From Octopus bimaculoides (lineage: Eukaryota): 40,835 nt of DNA. Position numbers and translations under genes: made by a program. Numbering within the stretch: the stretch's first letter is position 1; each line of letters begins with the position of its first letter. Where the stretch lies: positions 49,324,810-49,365,644 of the forward strand of contig NC_068996.1 in assembly GCF_001194135.2 (NCBI RefSeq). The letters are read 5' to 3'. This document shows, in pieces, positions 1 to 11,062 of the stretch. The notes below the pieces were generated by a model, which worked only from the letters and a program-made list of their open reading frames with translations, made no database searches and was not told the origin of the DNA.

Positions 1-485
1 ATATATATATATATATATATATACGTATATGTGTATCTACACTCACACTCACACATATATAGAGAGATGGCGGAGGGGCTAGGTAGTGTTTACTGATAGT
101 AAAGCTGAGACAAGCTAAATAAAAGCGAAGTGTATAGTTACAAAGAGCTTGTTTCTTATGACTATTGTTGCTTGACTTCACTGGAAATATTGACAATCGG
201 AGGCTACTCGTTTTGTTTGTTTGTTTTTTCCTCTCTTTTTTTTTTCTATTCTCTTGTTGATCAGCTTCCACTGAAAGGATAAAACTAGATGTTTCACACC
301 ATATCATGCGGATCTTATGTTTCGGTATTCAAATTCTCGTCGGTTAATTATGTATTCGTTGCTGTTTTAGTCTTATATCAGCCCTGATCCAATGAGACGC
401 ATGCTAAAAGGCGTTCCATCCACGACTATTTCATTGAATTTTCAGATACAGGATTATATCTAGGACCAGGACTAAATTATCTAAG

Positions 486-830
486 ACACGGGTTCCCAAC
501 TACCGGGCCGCATAGAATGAATAAATTTTTGATAATTCATTTTCTTTGGAATAGTGGATCTCGAATCTCAATACATAAAGCTATAAATAACAGAAAGTAA
601 ATATACGATAAATATTGGATTTCCATTCACCTCAATAGACGTCAGTGATTGGTTGAAATTACCGAAATACAATTTTTTTACATGAAATAACTTCTAATAC
701 AAAATTTTTTATCTGTTCTATAACACAAAATATACAAGTATACGAAGTTTGAAAGTGTTTCGGTACCAAAAACACTACATAAAACATAAATGAAAAGTGG
801 TGCCCGTCAATTCAGAAGGATCCCCACTAT
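486..830. mobile_element. hAT-like MITE fragment
   Basis: Begins cacgggttcccaac, similar to hAT CAGGGGTTCCCAAC termini; right end unclear. Confidence 0.3.
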
Positions 831-935
831 TCTATAAAAAGAATTATTTCACGTTCTCTCGAAAGTTTACTAAATATCTATGATGTCATCAATATTTTTT
901 TATTTTATACTTTATTGACTATCGTAGTCTATAAG

Positions 936-1134
936 CAGTCCTACTCAAAGTGGTGGTCCGCGGACCGGTACTGGTCGGCGAGCCATCAGCTGTCGGTACG
1001 CGTCGAGTTTCCAGAAAAGAAAGAAACATAATAAAATGCTTATTTATTTACAATATAAATATAAGATAAAAGAAATTGTCAACTTTTATTATATTCATTA
1101 TATATATTGTTTCTGGTATAAATTAATATTACTA
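936..1134 (+). mobile_element. hAT-Charlie-like MITE left part
   Basis: Begins cagtcctactcaaagtggtggtccgcggaccgg, similar to CAGTGCTACTCAAAGTG termini. Confidence 0.4.
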
Positions 1135-1500
1135 AGAAATTTTGAACTCAGAACTTAACGGCAGACGAAATACCTCTAAGCATTTCGCCCGGCGTGCTAA
1201 TGATTCTTATTTCTTTATCGCCCACAAGGGGCTAAACATAGAGGGGACAAACAAGGACAGACAAAGGGATTAAGTCGATTACATCGACCCCAGTTACTTA
1301 ATTTATCGACCCCGAAAGGATGAAAAGCTAATTAAATATTAGCATTGTTATAAGCTGTCGTTAGCACACCGGACAAAATGTTTTGGTCTTCTTCCGTCTT
1401 TATGTTCGAGTTCGAATTCCACCGAGGTCGAATTTTATTTTCATCTTCTCGGGGTCGGTAAAATAAGTACCAATCGAACATTGGGAGTCAATGTAATTGA
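1135..1500. mobile_element. tRNA-derived SINE family B pieces: - (1135-1328, rearranged halves) and + (1352-1500)
   Basis: Core gaggtcga..ttt.ttttcatc.t.cggggtcg.taaa.taagtacc, shared with the 34125 copy. Confidence 0.75.
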
Positions 1501-1944
1501 TTATTCGCAATCCCAAAAGAAGGAATGATTCAATGCTGATCCTTAGTGAGGTGGGGTATTTCTAATGTTATATGACATATTGTGTTGATTTACCCTCTTT
1601 AACTTCGTTTTCGTTTGTTGTTTTTCAATGAGTGGGAAAGTCTTGAATCCACTTCTCTATCTAAAACACTAAGTAAATATACTTTTAACTTATTCACGAC
1701 TTTCGTGTGGTTTCCTTTAAAACTCCAGTAAAGTGTAGTATATTTCTATTTATTTTGTCTGTCAGTTCCTCAATTAATTTTAGCAACTGTAATGTAGTTG
1801 ACCTTCAGATAAAAAGGAAAGAAAAAATAGTTTTTGGTAATGTAAAAATCCATTCAGAATTTTATATAAAATCAATGTTAGACTCGTTAGTCTGTAATTC
1901 TCTGCTTCACTCCAGTTTCTCAACTTATATATAGCACTAACGCT

Positions 1945-1984
1945 TGCTCTCTCTATCTCTCTCTTTCTTTCTCTTTCTCTCTCT

Positions 1985-2030
<46 letters not shown>
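1945..2030. repeat. (CT)n microsatellite
   Basis: Direct reading; representative of dozens of (TA)n, (CA)n, (CT)n, (CAT)n and (ATT)n tracts. Confidence 0.95.
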
Positions 2031-2033
<3 letters not shown>

Positions 2034-2124
2034 ACATGTCTAGCAATTGTCTTCTCTCTCGTGATTGTTGACACAGCATAGTTAAGGGTTTCGCTGCCGT
2101 GTATTTAAGAAACCTAGGGTTTAG

Positions 2125-2368
2125 ATTAGGGGTTGCCAACAATTTTTGGCCAAGGACCCCGTTGATTCCTAATTTATTCCACTCGATCCTTATAGCCTTT
2201 GCTTAAAAACATCTCATTACCTTTTTATAGTTTTAGATGTCATTAGCAATAGTATGTAGGGGTTAAAAAAAAAATATTAAAAGGTATCAGCAATTTATTG
2301 CAGATAAATTTTAACAAAATTTTATTTGGACCCCCAAGGGCCATATGGACGCCGTTTGAGAACCACTG
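2125..2368. mobile_element. hAT-like MITE
   Basis: Left ggggttgccaac...ggacccc; right ggacccc...gtttgagaaccactg (reverse complement CAGTGGTTCTCAAAC). Confidence 0.5.
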
Positions 2369-2600
2369 ATGTAGACCATCAGCTTCTGCTAATTTGTTTT
2401 GCCTTTAGGCAGTTTTCTCATTTTTATTTTCTCAAATACTAACTCCATTCGGTTTCGTCTTCCGTCTCACCTCATTTTTCAGGCAATTGTTTGCACCTTC
2501 CTAACTACATGCTTTTCCGTGGAAGTGTGTACGTTGCCGTGTTTGTTTCTCATCTTCTACTTGATATATAAATAATTCTGACCCACAGATTTCTTAATTA

Positions 2601-2988
2601 GGCGCAGGAGTGGCTGTGTGGTAAGCAGCTTGCTTACCAACCACATGGTTTCAGGTTCAGTCCCACTGTGTGGCACCTTGGACAAGTGTCTTCTACTATA
2701 GCCTTGGGCCGACCAAAGCCTTGTGAGCGGATTTGGTAGACGGAAACTGAAAGAAGCTCGTCGTATATGTGTTTGTGCGTCTGTGTTTGCCCCCCCCCTC
2801 CAACATCGCTTGACAACCGATGCTGGTGTGTTTATGTTCCCGTAACTTAGCGGTTCGGCAAAAGAGACCAATAGAATAAGTACTAGGCTTACAAAGAATA
2901 AGTCCTAGAGTTGATTTGCTCGACTAAAGCGGTGCTCCAGCATGGCCGCCGTCAAATGACTGAAACAAGTAAAAGAGTAAAAAAAGAG
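2601..2988 (+). mobile_element. tRNA-derived SINE family A, full length (reference copy)
   Basis: A-box-like gtggctgtgtggt, B-box-like ggttcagtccc, central microsatellite, 3' tail ggtgctccagcatggccg..gtcaaatgactgaaac; more than 15 homologous pieces in the window. Confidence 0.85.
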
Positions 2989-3332
2989 AGTAATTCTTGA
3001 TTTAGCTTATATAAATTACAATGATTCTTTTGGGGTTTTCCTTTGCTTTCTGTAACCCTTTTCCTCTCTCCTCTGTATCCCATGCGATACGCAGGAGATA
3101 TTTCCCTATCATCCATGCATCATATATGATGCTCATATTCCCATTTTTTTCTTACTGCTAGAGTAACTTAGGGACTTATGAAAGGAAAGCTTTATGTTAC
3201 TTAGAACGTATGAAATGAGGGCGAACTAAAGGTTTGAGAACAAGAATAGAAACTTAGGACAAACTTAGGAAAACACTTTGTCCAGGCAAAGGGTTATCTT
3301 CTTTTCTCTTTTACCTGTCTCAGGCATTAGAT

Positions 3333-3498
3333 TGCGACCATGCTGGGGCACTGCTTTGAAGGGTTTTAGTCGAACAAATCGACCCCGGTAGTTTTTTTGT
3401 AAGCTTTGTGCTTATCCTATCGGTCCTTTTTGCCAAGCAGCTTTGTTACAGGAACTTAAACAGACCAACACCAGATATCAAGTAGTGGTGGGGAATAA

Positions 3499-3529
<31 letters not shown>

Positions 3530-3793
3530 TATATAGTCTGACGAATCGGCTGTAGAGTAAGCGCTTTGTAGGTGCGAAACCAACAGTCACTCTCTGACCG
3601 GCCATAACAATTAACAGTTTATATATTTGACGGGTTTCCATACAGTTTCCTTTACCAAATCCATTCGCAAGGTATTGGTCGGCCCGAGGCTATAGTAGAA
3701 GGTGCTAATTGTCCCAGGTGCCACGCAATGGTATCGAACCCGAAAACACGTGGGTGAAAAGCAAACTTATTATCACGCAGCCACACCTGCGTA
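3333..3793 (-). mobile_element. Family A SINE, diverged, carrying a hammerhead-bearing insert in its microsatellite
   Basis: Tail (reverse) at 3333, head at 3790; ~95-bp foreign insert 3535-3625. Confidence 0.7.
3535..3591 (+). ncRNA. Degenerate type I hammerhead ribozyme motif
   Basis: AGT-CTGACGA(3538-3544)...GAAAC(3576-3580)-caaca-GTC(3586-3588)-ACT. Stem I 3 bp; distal stem II ctgtagagt/gctttgtag is G.U-rich; proximal stem II is damaged. Confidence 0.55.
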
Positions 3794-4157
3794 TCATATT
3801 GTATTATCTTTCTTTGTTTTGTGGGAGCGACGAAAGAACTTCGACTAAAAAACAAACAAACAATAGATTGGTTGTTTAACCAACACATTCAACAGACAAT
3901 CTATTAGTTAGTTGGTTAGATATTTAACCAATTGGCTAACAAAAATAAAAAGAGGTGATATTCAACCAGTGCTTGTGTTGTTATTATTATTGGTATAATG
4001 ACCCTCCCTAGACATAAGATTTGTTTCAACACACGAATTCACATCAAGAACCTTGTGAACCAAATGCAAAAACGTAAGTTCTACGATCTGCTTAGACTCT
4101 TAATCTCTCCTATTACCAAGCTTCTAATACGTCACGCTGCTGACTTCTGCGACTTAC

Positions 4158-4188
4158 CCAGCTCAGCCATGGACGCTGCAACCTCTCA
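4158..4188 (-). other. Candidate small exon containing a start codon (ATG GCT GAG CTG G|gtaagt)
   Basis: Minus strand: pyrimidine-rich tract, ttgcag acceptor, tccATGG context, consensus G|GTAAGT donor at 4157-4152. Confidence 0.3.
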
Positions 4189-4549
4189 CTGCAACGTTTA
4201 CAGGAATATGTGAGGTGGGGTGGGGGAATAAAAAAAAACAAATCAGTGCGGTTTCCCAAATAACCCATCTTTCCTCTAACCCTAGGACAAATGATATTTT
4301 GAATATTGATTGGATTGATTGAAAAGTGAATCAAAAATATCTTTTGCCTTCGATTTACCTTCGATTACATCGATTTCTCTTGCACCAGGGTTAACGCAAG
4401 CCCTCTCCACAATAGTAGAGTTTCACCTACTTTTTTAGTTGGAACTTGTCCAAACTGAAGTTTTCCATTTGTTAAAATCTCTCTAGCCAATGTATGATTA
4501 TTAAAAAGGAAATTTCAATCATTTGACTGCGGCCATGCTGGAGCACCGC

Positions 4550-4582
<33 letters not shown>

Positions 4583-4648
4583 NNNNNNNNNNNNNNNNNN
4601 NNNNNNNNNNNNNNNNNNNNNNNNNNNNNNNNNNNNNNNNNNNNNNNN

Positions 4649-4685
<37 letters not shown>

Positions 4686-4939
4686 TTTATTTATTTATTT
4701 CTGTCGGTGATTTTTCGCAAATTTTACTGATGTATTTTCAGATGAAACTAAATCCAAAGAAACTAGCGGTAGGCTGCATTGGTATATTTTTCTCTTCATA
4801 GTTTGGCAATCACCTGCTAGAATTTCTTCAGTTTCATTAAGAAAATTATTAGTATGTTAAGAGGTTGCAATTATTTATTTGATCTGCTCAAAATCTGCCA
4901 ATTTCTGAAAATTTTTGGCATACGTATGGAACAATTGAA

Positions 4940-5180
4940 AAGGCGCGTGACTTAATGGTTAAGAGTATTCGGCTCGCGATCGTAAGTTTATGGAGTTCGA
5001 TTCCTTGAGCAAGACATTTTTATTATTTGATTTTGTTCCAGTCAACTCCAGTCAATTGAATTATGCCTACAGTTCAAAGGGCCTGTTTTGTTGCATTCCG
5101 TGTCACACTGAATCTTCCTGAGAACTACCCTAAGGATACACAATGTCTGTGGAGTGCTCAGCTACTTGCATGTTAATTTC
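4940..5180 (+). mobile_element. tRNA-derived SINE family C, internally deleted
   Basis: A box ggcgcgtgacttaatggtt, B box gagttcgattcc, tail gtcacactgaatc..ctgagaactac...gtggagtgctcagc. Confidence 0.7.
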
Positions 5181-5618
5181 ACCCCCCCCCCCCCACACAC
5201 ACACACACTCTCTCTCTCTCTCTCTCTCTCTCTTACTCTCTCTCTCCTACTCTCTCTCTCTTTCTTACTCATTCACTAGGTCTCTTGTCGAAATTTCATA
5301 CTGACCATCAATCAACCAATCGAGCGTGCATGTTTAGTGTTTATAAATTAATTTCACGCACGCTTGCACACACACACATTGTATGTGCGAGCATGGGTGC
5401 GTATAAAGGAATGTGAAAATGATGTTTGGAGGCTGGGCACCCGACCACCACCGCCACGCACACATCTCGAAAGTTAACAGACGTCCCTCGTTACATCGTC
5501 TTATTTGTGCAGACACTACTCCTTACAACGGTTAAATCATTAAAAAAAGAAGGGAATGTCTACTAAATACGAGATTGAGTATTTAAATGCATCAAATGAC
5601 GTGTTTAAATTGTTCCTA

Positions 5619-5790
5619 CGTGGAAACGCTGAAAAGTTCCTCGCTTCAAGGATGTTGCTAAAGACCTGGTTGGAGGCCCATCCTTCCGAGTTCTTTTACA
5701 GGACTTAGTAAAACGGAAGAAACACTGCAATAAATGTGTGAATCTGAGAGGGGAATATGTTGAAAAAATCATAACTGATCCTCCTCTGAT
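5619..5790 (+). mobile_element. mariner-derived MITE, right end lost
   Basis: TA|cgtggaaacgctgaaaagttcc TIR, then TWLEAHPSEFF and KCVNLRGEYVEK, matching the mariner transposase C-terminus (W.KC...G.YVEK). Confidence 0.65.
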
Positions 5791-6634
5791 TTGCTCAAAA
5801 ACACAACGAACCACCTGGTCTAGGATTTGAAACAACGATGCTGCCATCGTGAGTGCAATACTATATATATATATATATATATATATNNNNNNNNNNNNNN
5901 NNNNNNNNNNNNNNNNNNNNNNNNNNNNNNNNNNNNNNNNNNNNNNNNNNNNNNNNNNNNNNNNNNNNNNNNNNNNNNNNNNNNNNNNNNNNNNNNNNNN
6001 NNNNNNNNNNNNNNNNNNNNNNNNNNNNNNNNNNNNNNNNNNNNNNNNNNNNNNNNNNNNNNNNNNNNNNNNNNNNNNNNNNNNNNNNNNNNNNNNNNNN
6101 NNNNNNNNNNNNNNNNNNNNNNNNNNNNNNNNNNNNNNNNNNNNNNNNNNNNNNNNNNNNNNNNNNNNNNNNNNNNNNNNNNNNNNNNNNNNNNNNNNNN
6201 NNNNNNNNNNNNNNNNNNNNNNNNNNNNNNNNNNNNNNNNNNNNNNNNNNNNNNNNNNNNNNNNNNNNNNNNNNNNNNNNNNNNNNNNNNNNNNNNNNNN
6301 NNNNNNNNNNNNNNNNNNNNNNNNNNNNNNNNNNNNNNNNNNNNNNNNNNNNNNNNNNNNNNNNNNNNNNNNNNNNNNNNNNNNNNNNNNNNNNNNNNNN
6401 NNNNNNNNNNNNNNNNNNNNNNNNNNNNNNNNNNNNNNNNNNNNNNNNNNNNNNNNNNNNNNNNNNNNNNNNNNNNNNNNNNNNNNNNNNNNNNNNNNNN
6501 NNNNNNNNNNNNNNNNNNNNNNNNNNNNNNNNNNNNNNNNNNNNNNNNNNNNNNNNNNNNNNNNNNNNNNNNNNNNNNNNNNNNNNNNNNNNNNNNNNNN
6601 NNNNNNNNNNNNNNNNNNNNNNTATATATATATA

Positions 6635-6900
6635 TAGGAGCACTCCGTCGGTTACGACGACGAGGGTCCCAGCTGATACGATCAACGGAACAGCTTCCTC
6701 GTGAAATTAACATGCAAGTGGCTGAGCACTCCACAGACACATGTACTCTTAATGTAGCTCTCAGGGGGATTCAGCATGACACATAGTGTGACAGGACTGG
6801 TCCTTTGAAATACAGGTACATCTTATTTTTGCTAGCTGAGTGGACTGGGGGAACATGAAATAAAGTGTCTTGCTCAAGGACACAACGCGTCGCCGGGAAT
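6635..6900 (-). mobile_element. Family C SINE
   Basis: Reverse complement of the tail gcactccgtcggttacgacgacgagggt... Confidence 0.8.
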
Positions 6901-7199
6901 TATATATATATACACACACACACACACGATACAACTAATTACCAATATTGATTGATTGATATTAAAAGTTATCAAATTTTTTTATTAAGGTCTTCCGCAG
7001 GGAAAAGCAATTGATTGACGTTGATCATTTGAGTGTTGGACGAAATCCCCGTGTTATTTATTTACATCAGTGTATCCTCTGATTTCATATCTCACCGAAC
7101 TTAATTTTTGCCCTGATCTCCTACCTCGTGGCGGACGATTTTAGCTCTTTTGTGGGTGAGAGGGTTTCCCATATTTCTCCTACAGAACTAATTTTTTTT

Positions 7200-7800
7200 T
7201 AAATTTTACCTTTCAACATTTCGGGGTCGATAAATTAAGTACCAATGAAATACTGGAATCGATGTAATCGATTATCTACTTCTCCTCCTCCCCCGCCCCA
7301 CCGCCACCAAACTTCAGGCCTTTTGCCTTTAGTAGAAAGGATTATTATTATTGTGGAGCAGCAGGTTAAGGCGCCGGCAGATGGCTTGCGGTATTTGTTC
7401 CGGCACTTTACGTTCAGTGTTCAAATCCCGCCGAGGTCGACTTTGCCTTTCATCATTTCGGGGTCGATAAATTAAGAACCAGTTGCGTACTAGGGTCGAT
7501 GTAATCGACATACCTCCTCCCCCAAAATTTCAGGCCTTGTGCCTATAGTAGAAAGGACTATTATTATTATTGTTGAGCAGCAGATTAAGGCGCCGGCGTA
7601 TAAGATGGCTTGCGGTATTTGTTCGGCACTTTACGGTCTCAGTTCAAATCACACCGAAATAAAACTTTGCCTTTCATTCCAACTCCCACTTCAATCCGGG
7701 GTGAGGTGGCGGTGTGGATGTCGATAAAACAAGGTACTAGTTAAGTGCTGGAGCCGATGTAATTAACTTAATCCCCACCTTTGTACCTAAATCAGAAGCA
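7200..7800 (+). mobile_element. Three tandem family B SINE copies with shared linker
   Basis: cggggtcgataaattaag core at ~7222 and ~7460, diverged at ~7690; linker attattattg..gagcagcag.ttaaggcgccggc at 7343 and 7560. Confidence 0.75.
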
Positions 7801-8380
7801 ATTACTATTCTTGTTGTTGTTGAGGCTTTGATGAGGACTTAATAACACATCCATCAACTTCTTCAAGTGCCACTTAAGGAGAAAGGTGTAGGTGACGAGG
7901 GTGGCGCTGTCACCCTCGTAACAAAATTTCAAGAAAGATTGGTAAGAGTGAGAAAGTTAGCGTGGCGAAATGGGGCCTGCACCAAATATGTGACGGCAAG
8001 AACTGTGAGAAGGTAAGTCACCTTCAATCTATCAAAGTAACCTCGAGGTTGTGTGGTGGTGGTGGCGGCGGCGGCGGTGGTGGTGGTGGTAAGGAATCGG
8101 ATCATGTATTCCCGTCCCCTTCCTTATTCCTATTCCTTTGAAGGGATCCTTTCTTGTTCTATGTTGCTATTTATTCATTTGCGTTAATCTCACAAAGGTG
8201 TACATCATTCTGCTACATTTGTTTCTTGTTTTCCAGTGTATTTCATCATTGTACTGTTCCCCGATGTTTTGGGCCCCTGTATCGAATAGAAATAGTTTGT
8301 GCGACGAAAGCAGGGTTGAGAAAGCTCTGGTCTACGTCCACATAATAATGTGTATCTTTCTCCTTCGTTTCTTAAGACTT

Positions 8381-8464
8381 GTAGAAGAGTAAGATTTGAT
8401 GGAGTTTTGTAGAGGAGTAAGATTTGATGGAGTTTTGTAGAGGAGTAAGATTTGACGGAGATTT
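8381..8464. repeat. 28-bp minisatellite x3
   Basis: gtagaggagtaagatttgatggagtttt repeated. Confidence 0.9.
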
Positions 8465-9239
8465 TAGCTGCAATGTTCTTTTGNNNNNNNNNNNNNNNNN
8501 NNNNNNNNNNNNNNNNNNNNNNNNNNNNNNNNNNNNNNNNNNNNNNNNNNNNNNNNNNNNNNNNNNNNNNNNNNNNNNNNNNNNNNNNNNNNNNNNNNNN
8601 NNNNNNNNNNNNNNNNNNNNNNNNNNNNNNNNNNNNNNNNNNNNNNNNNNNNNNNNNNNNNNNNNNNNNNNNNNNNNNNNNNNNNNNNNNNNNNNNNNNN
8701 NNNNNNNNNNNNNNNNNNNNNNNNNNNNNNNNNNNNNNNNNNNNNNNNNNNNNNNNNNNNNNNNNNNNNNNNNNNNNNNNNNNNNNNNNNNNNNNNNNNN
8801 NNNNNNNNNNNNNNNNNNNNNNNNNNNNNNNNNNNNNNNNNNNNNNNNNNNNNNNNNNNNNNNNNNNNNNNNNNNNNNNNNNNNNNNNNNNNNNNNNNNN
8901 NNNNNNNNNNNNNNNNNNNNNNNNNNNNNNNNNNNNNNNNNNNNNNNNNNNNNNNNNNNNNNNNNNNNNNNNNNNNNNNNNNNNNNNNNNNNNNNNNNNN
9001 NNNNNNNNNNNNNNNNNNNNNNNNNNNNNNNNNNNNNNNNNNNNNNNNNNNNNNNNNNNNNNNNNNNNNNNNNNNNNNNNNNNNNNNNNNNNNNNNNNNN
9101 NNNNNNNNNNNNNNNNNNNNNNNNNNNNNNNNNNNNNNNNNNNNNNNNNNNNNNNNNNNNNNNNNNNNNNNNNNNNNNNNNNNNNNNNNNNAAGCTACTT
9201 ACCACACAGCCACTCCGGCACCTGTACGCCCTTTTAAAG

Positions 9240-9473
9240 CCTAGCCTAGCTCATGGGTCCGGTTTCCCCGTTTCTATGGCGTATGTGTTCCCCAACTGGA
9301 CTGGACGCCAGCCCATCGCAGCGTTACTCATTTTTGCCAGCTCAGTAGACTGCAGCAACGTGAAATGAAGTGTTTTGCTCAAGAACACAACACTTCACCC
9401 GGTCTAGGAATCGAAACCACAATCTTACGATCATGATGCTGATACCCTAACCACTAAGCCACGCGCCTCCACT
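9240..9473 (-). mobile_element. Family C-related SINE with a different 3' region
   Basis: tRNA head (aggaatcgaaacc...accctaaccactaagccacgcgcc) plus ttgctcaagaacacaac core. Confidence 0.7.
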
Positions 9474-10041
9474 AAACATGTCGAGTGACTTCCCCAGAAG
9501 TTTCCTTGTATAGCAACAGCTATGTCGTATGTAATAATGTACGATTGGATCCGCGGAAACGTTCAATCACGTTACGCGGAACGTTCGTACAGCAACAACT
9601 ATCAAATTAAATCGTACGAATGGGTTTTTTTCCTTTTGTTTTGTTTTTTTGCTCTTCATGTAGTTTACCATCGTTCAATGTTGTAGCCACATCAAGTGAT
9701 GATCTATAAAGGGAGAGAGAGTCTACGAATCTGTTGGCATCCCGGAAAAGCTGCGTGACTCCGATGTTCTTCGTCACGCGCGTGCACGTGTACATAACGC
9801 ATTCTTTCAGTTATAACGACTGCTTTACATTTATGTTGAGTCGTATAATTTATTGCTTGTGTTGAATCAACATATATATATATGTGTGTGTGTAGTTCAA
9901 GAACACAACGCACTACCCGATCCAGGAATCGAAACCCCGATCTCGCGGTCGTGAGTGCAAGATTATGCTTATGTTTACATCGGTATGCAAAAGAGAAAAC
10001 GGTAATATTTACGCTGCCTTTTATGTGTGTGTGTGTATGTG

Positions 10042-10087
<46 letters not shown>

Positions 10088-10088
<1 letters not shown>

Positions 10089-10265
10089 CCGGAGTAAGCA
10101 CATAAAATGTGCAAAAAGGTGGAAAAAAGAGTACTCAAATACCAGAGGTAGAGTAATATGCTTTATTTAAAAGCAGCAGAAATATAACAAAAGACTTACT
10201 CGGAGTTTCACGTTCCCGTGAAACTCCGAGTAACAGTCTTTTGTTATATTTCTGCTGCTTTTAAA
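10088..10265. mobile_element. Probable Penelope-like (PLE) non-autonomous relic E1 ending in a palindrome
   Basis: Shares gagtaagcacataaa...ccagaggtagagtaatatgcttt with 13776 and 38640; (TA)n flank. PLE assignment is inferred. Confidence 0.5.
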
Positions 10266-10358
10266 NNNNNNNNNNNNNNNNNNNNNNNNNNNNNNNNNNN
10301 NNNNNNNNNNNNNNNNNNNNNNNNNNNNNNNNNNNNNNNNNNNNNNNNNNNNNNNNNN

Positions 10359-10397
<39 letters not shown>

Positions 10398-10400
<3 letters not shown>

Positions 10401-10500
10401 ATTATAGAAGACAGATGTCCAACCTGCCGCGTAGTGGGACTGAACCTAGAACCATGTGGTTAGGAAGCAAACTTATTACCCAGCCACACGCCTGCGCCTA
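10398..10500 (-). mobile_element. Family A SINE 5' part
   Basis: Reverse complement of the head (gtgggactgaacctagaaccatgtgg). Confidence 0.7.
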
Positions 10501-11062
10501 TGGAACCATTTAGATTGCCAGGAATATTTTTTCTGTTCTCTCTTCCTCTCTCAACATTTAAAATGTTTGGCTGAAATAAAAGAAAAAGAAATTGAAGAAG
10601 CAAATGGTATGGGTTTTTTTTGCTGTATTACTGCAAAATATTATTGACCATGACTTAAAAGATCACCTGTCAAAATAATTTGTCTTCAAAGGAAAAAAAA
10701 CCCAAATATTTTGAAATATTTCGTCTCTTGAAACACATTGGTTCAAGTACCCAGACTATAGTGTAGCCGAATATTCATAATATTATTTTGTCCTAAAACT
10801 TATTTTTTTAATATATTAAAGCCTATTAAATATGAAAATATATTATCCTTCAAATAATAAAAGGCGGTTTTCTTTACCGAAGTCCTCCCATTTTGTTTAG
10901 ATTCAATGCGATGACACGACTTGGTAAAAAGTGTAGGAATCGGAAGGATAAGTGACGCTAGGCTTTAGCCTTCGAAACTTCCGGTTTGCCAAAAAGATAA
11001 AAAGTACCTGTAAAGGTACGCCGGTTTATTCAACAATTACGTCTGCAGCTGTACGGTCAACT

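Noticed and set aside
10088-10125. GCAC-ataaaat-GTGC stem in E1 as hammerhead stem II
   Set aside because: Upstream core (ccggagta) does not fit and no UH site follows.
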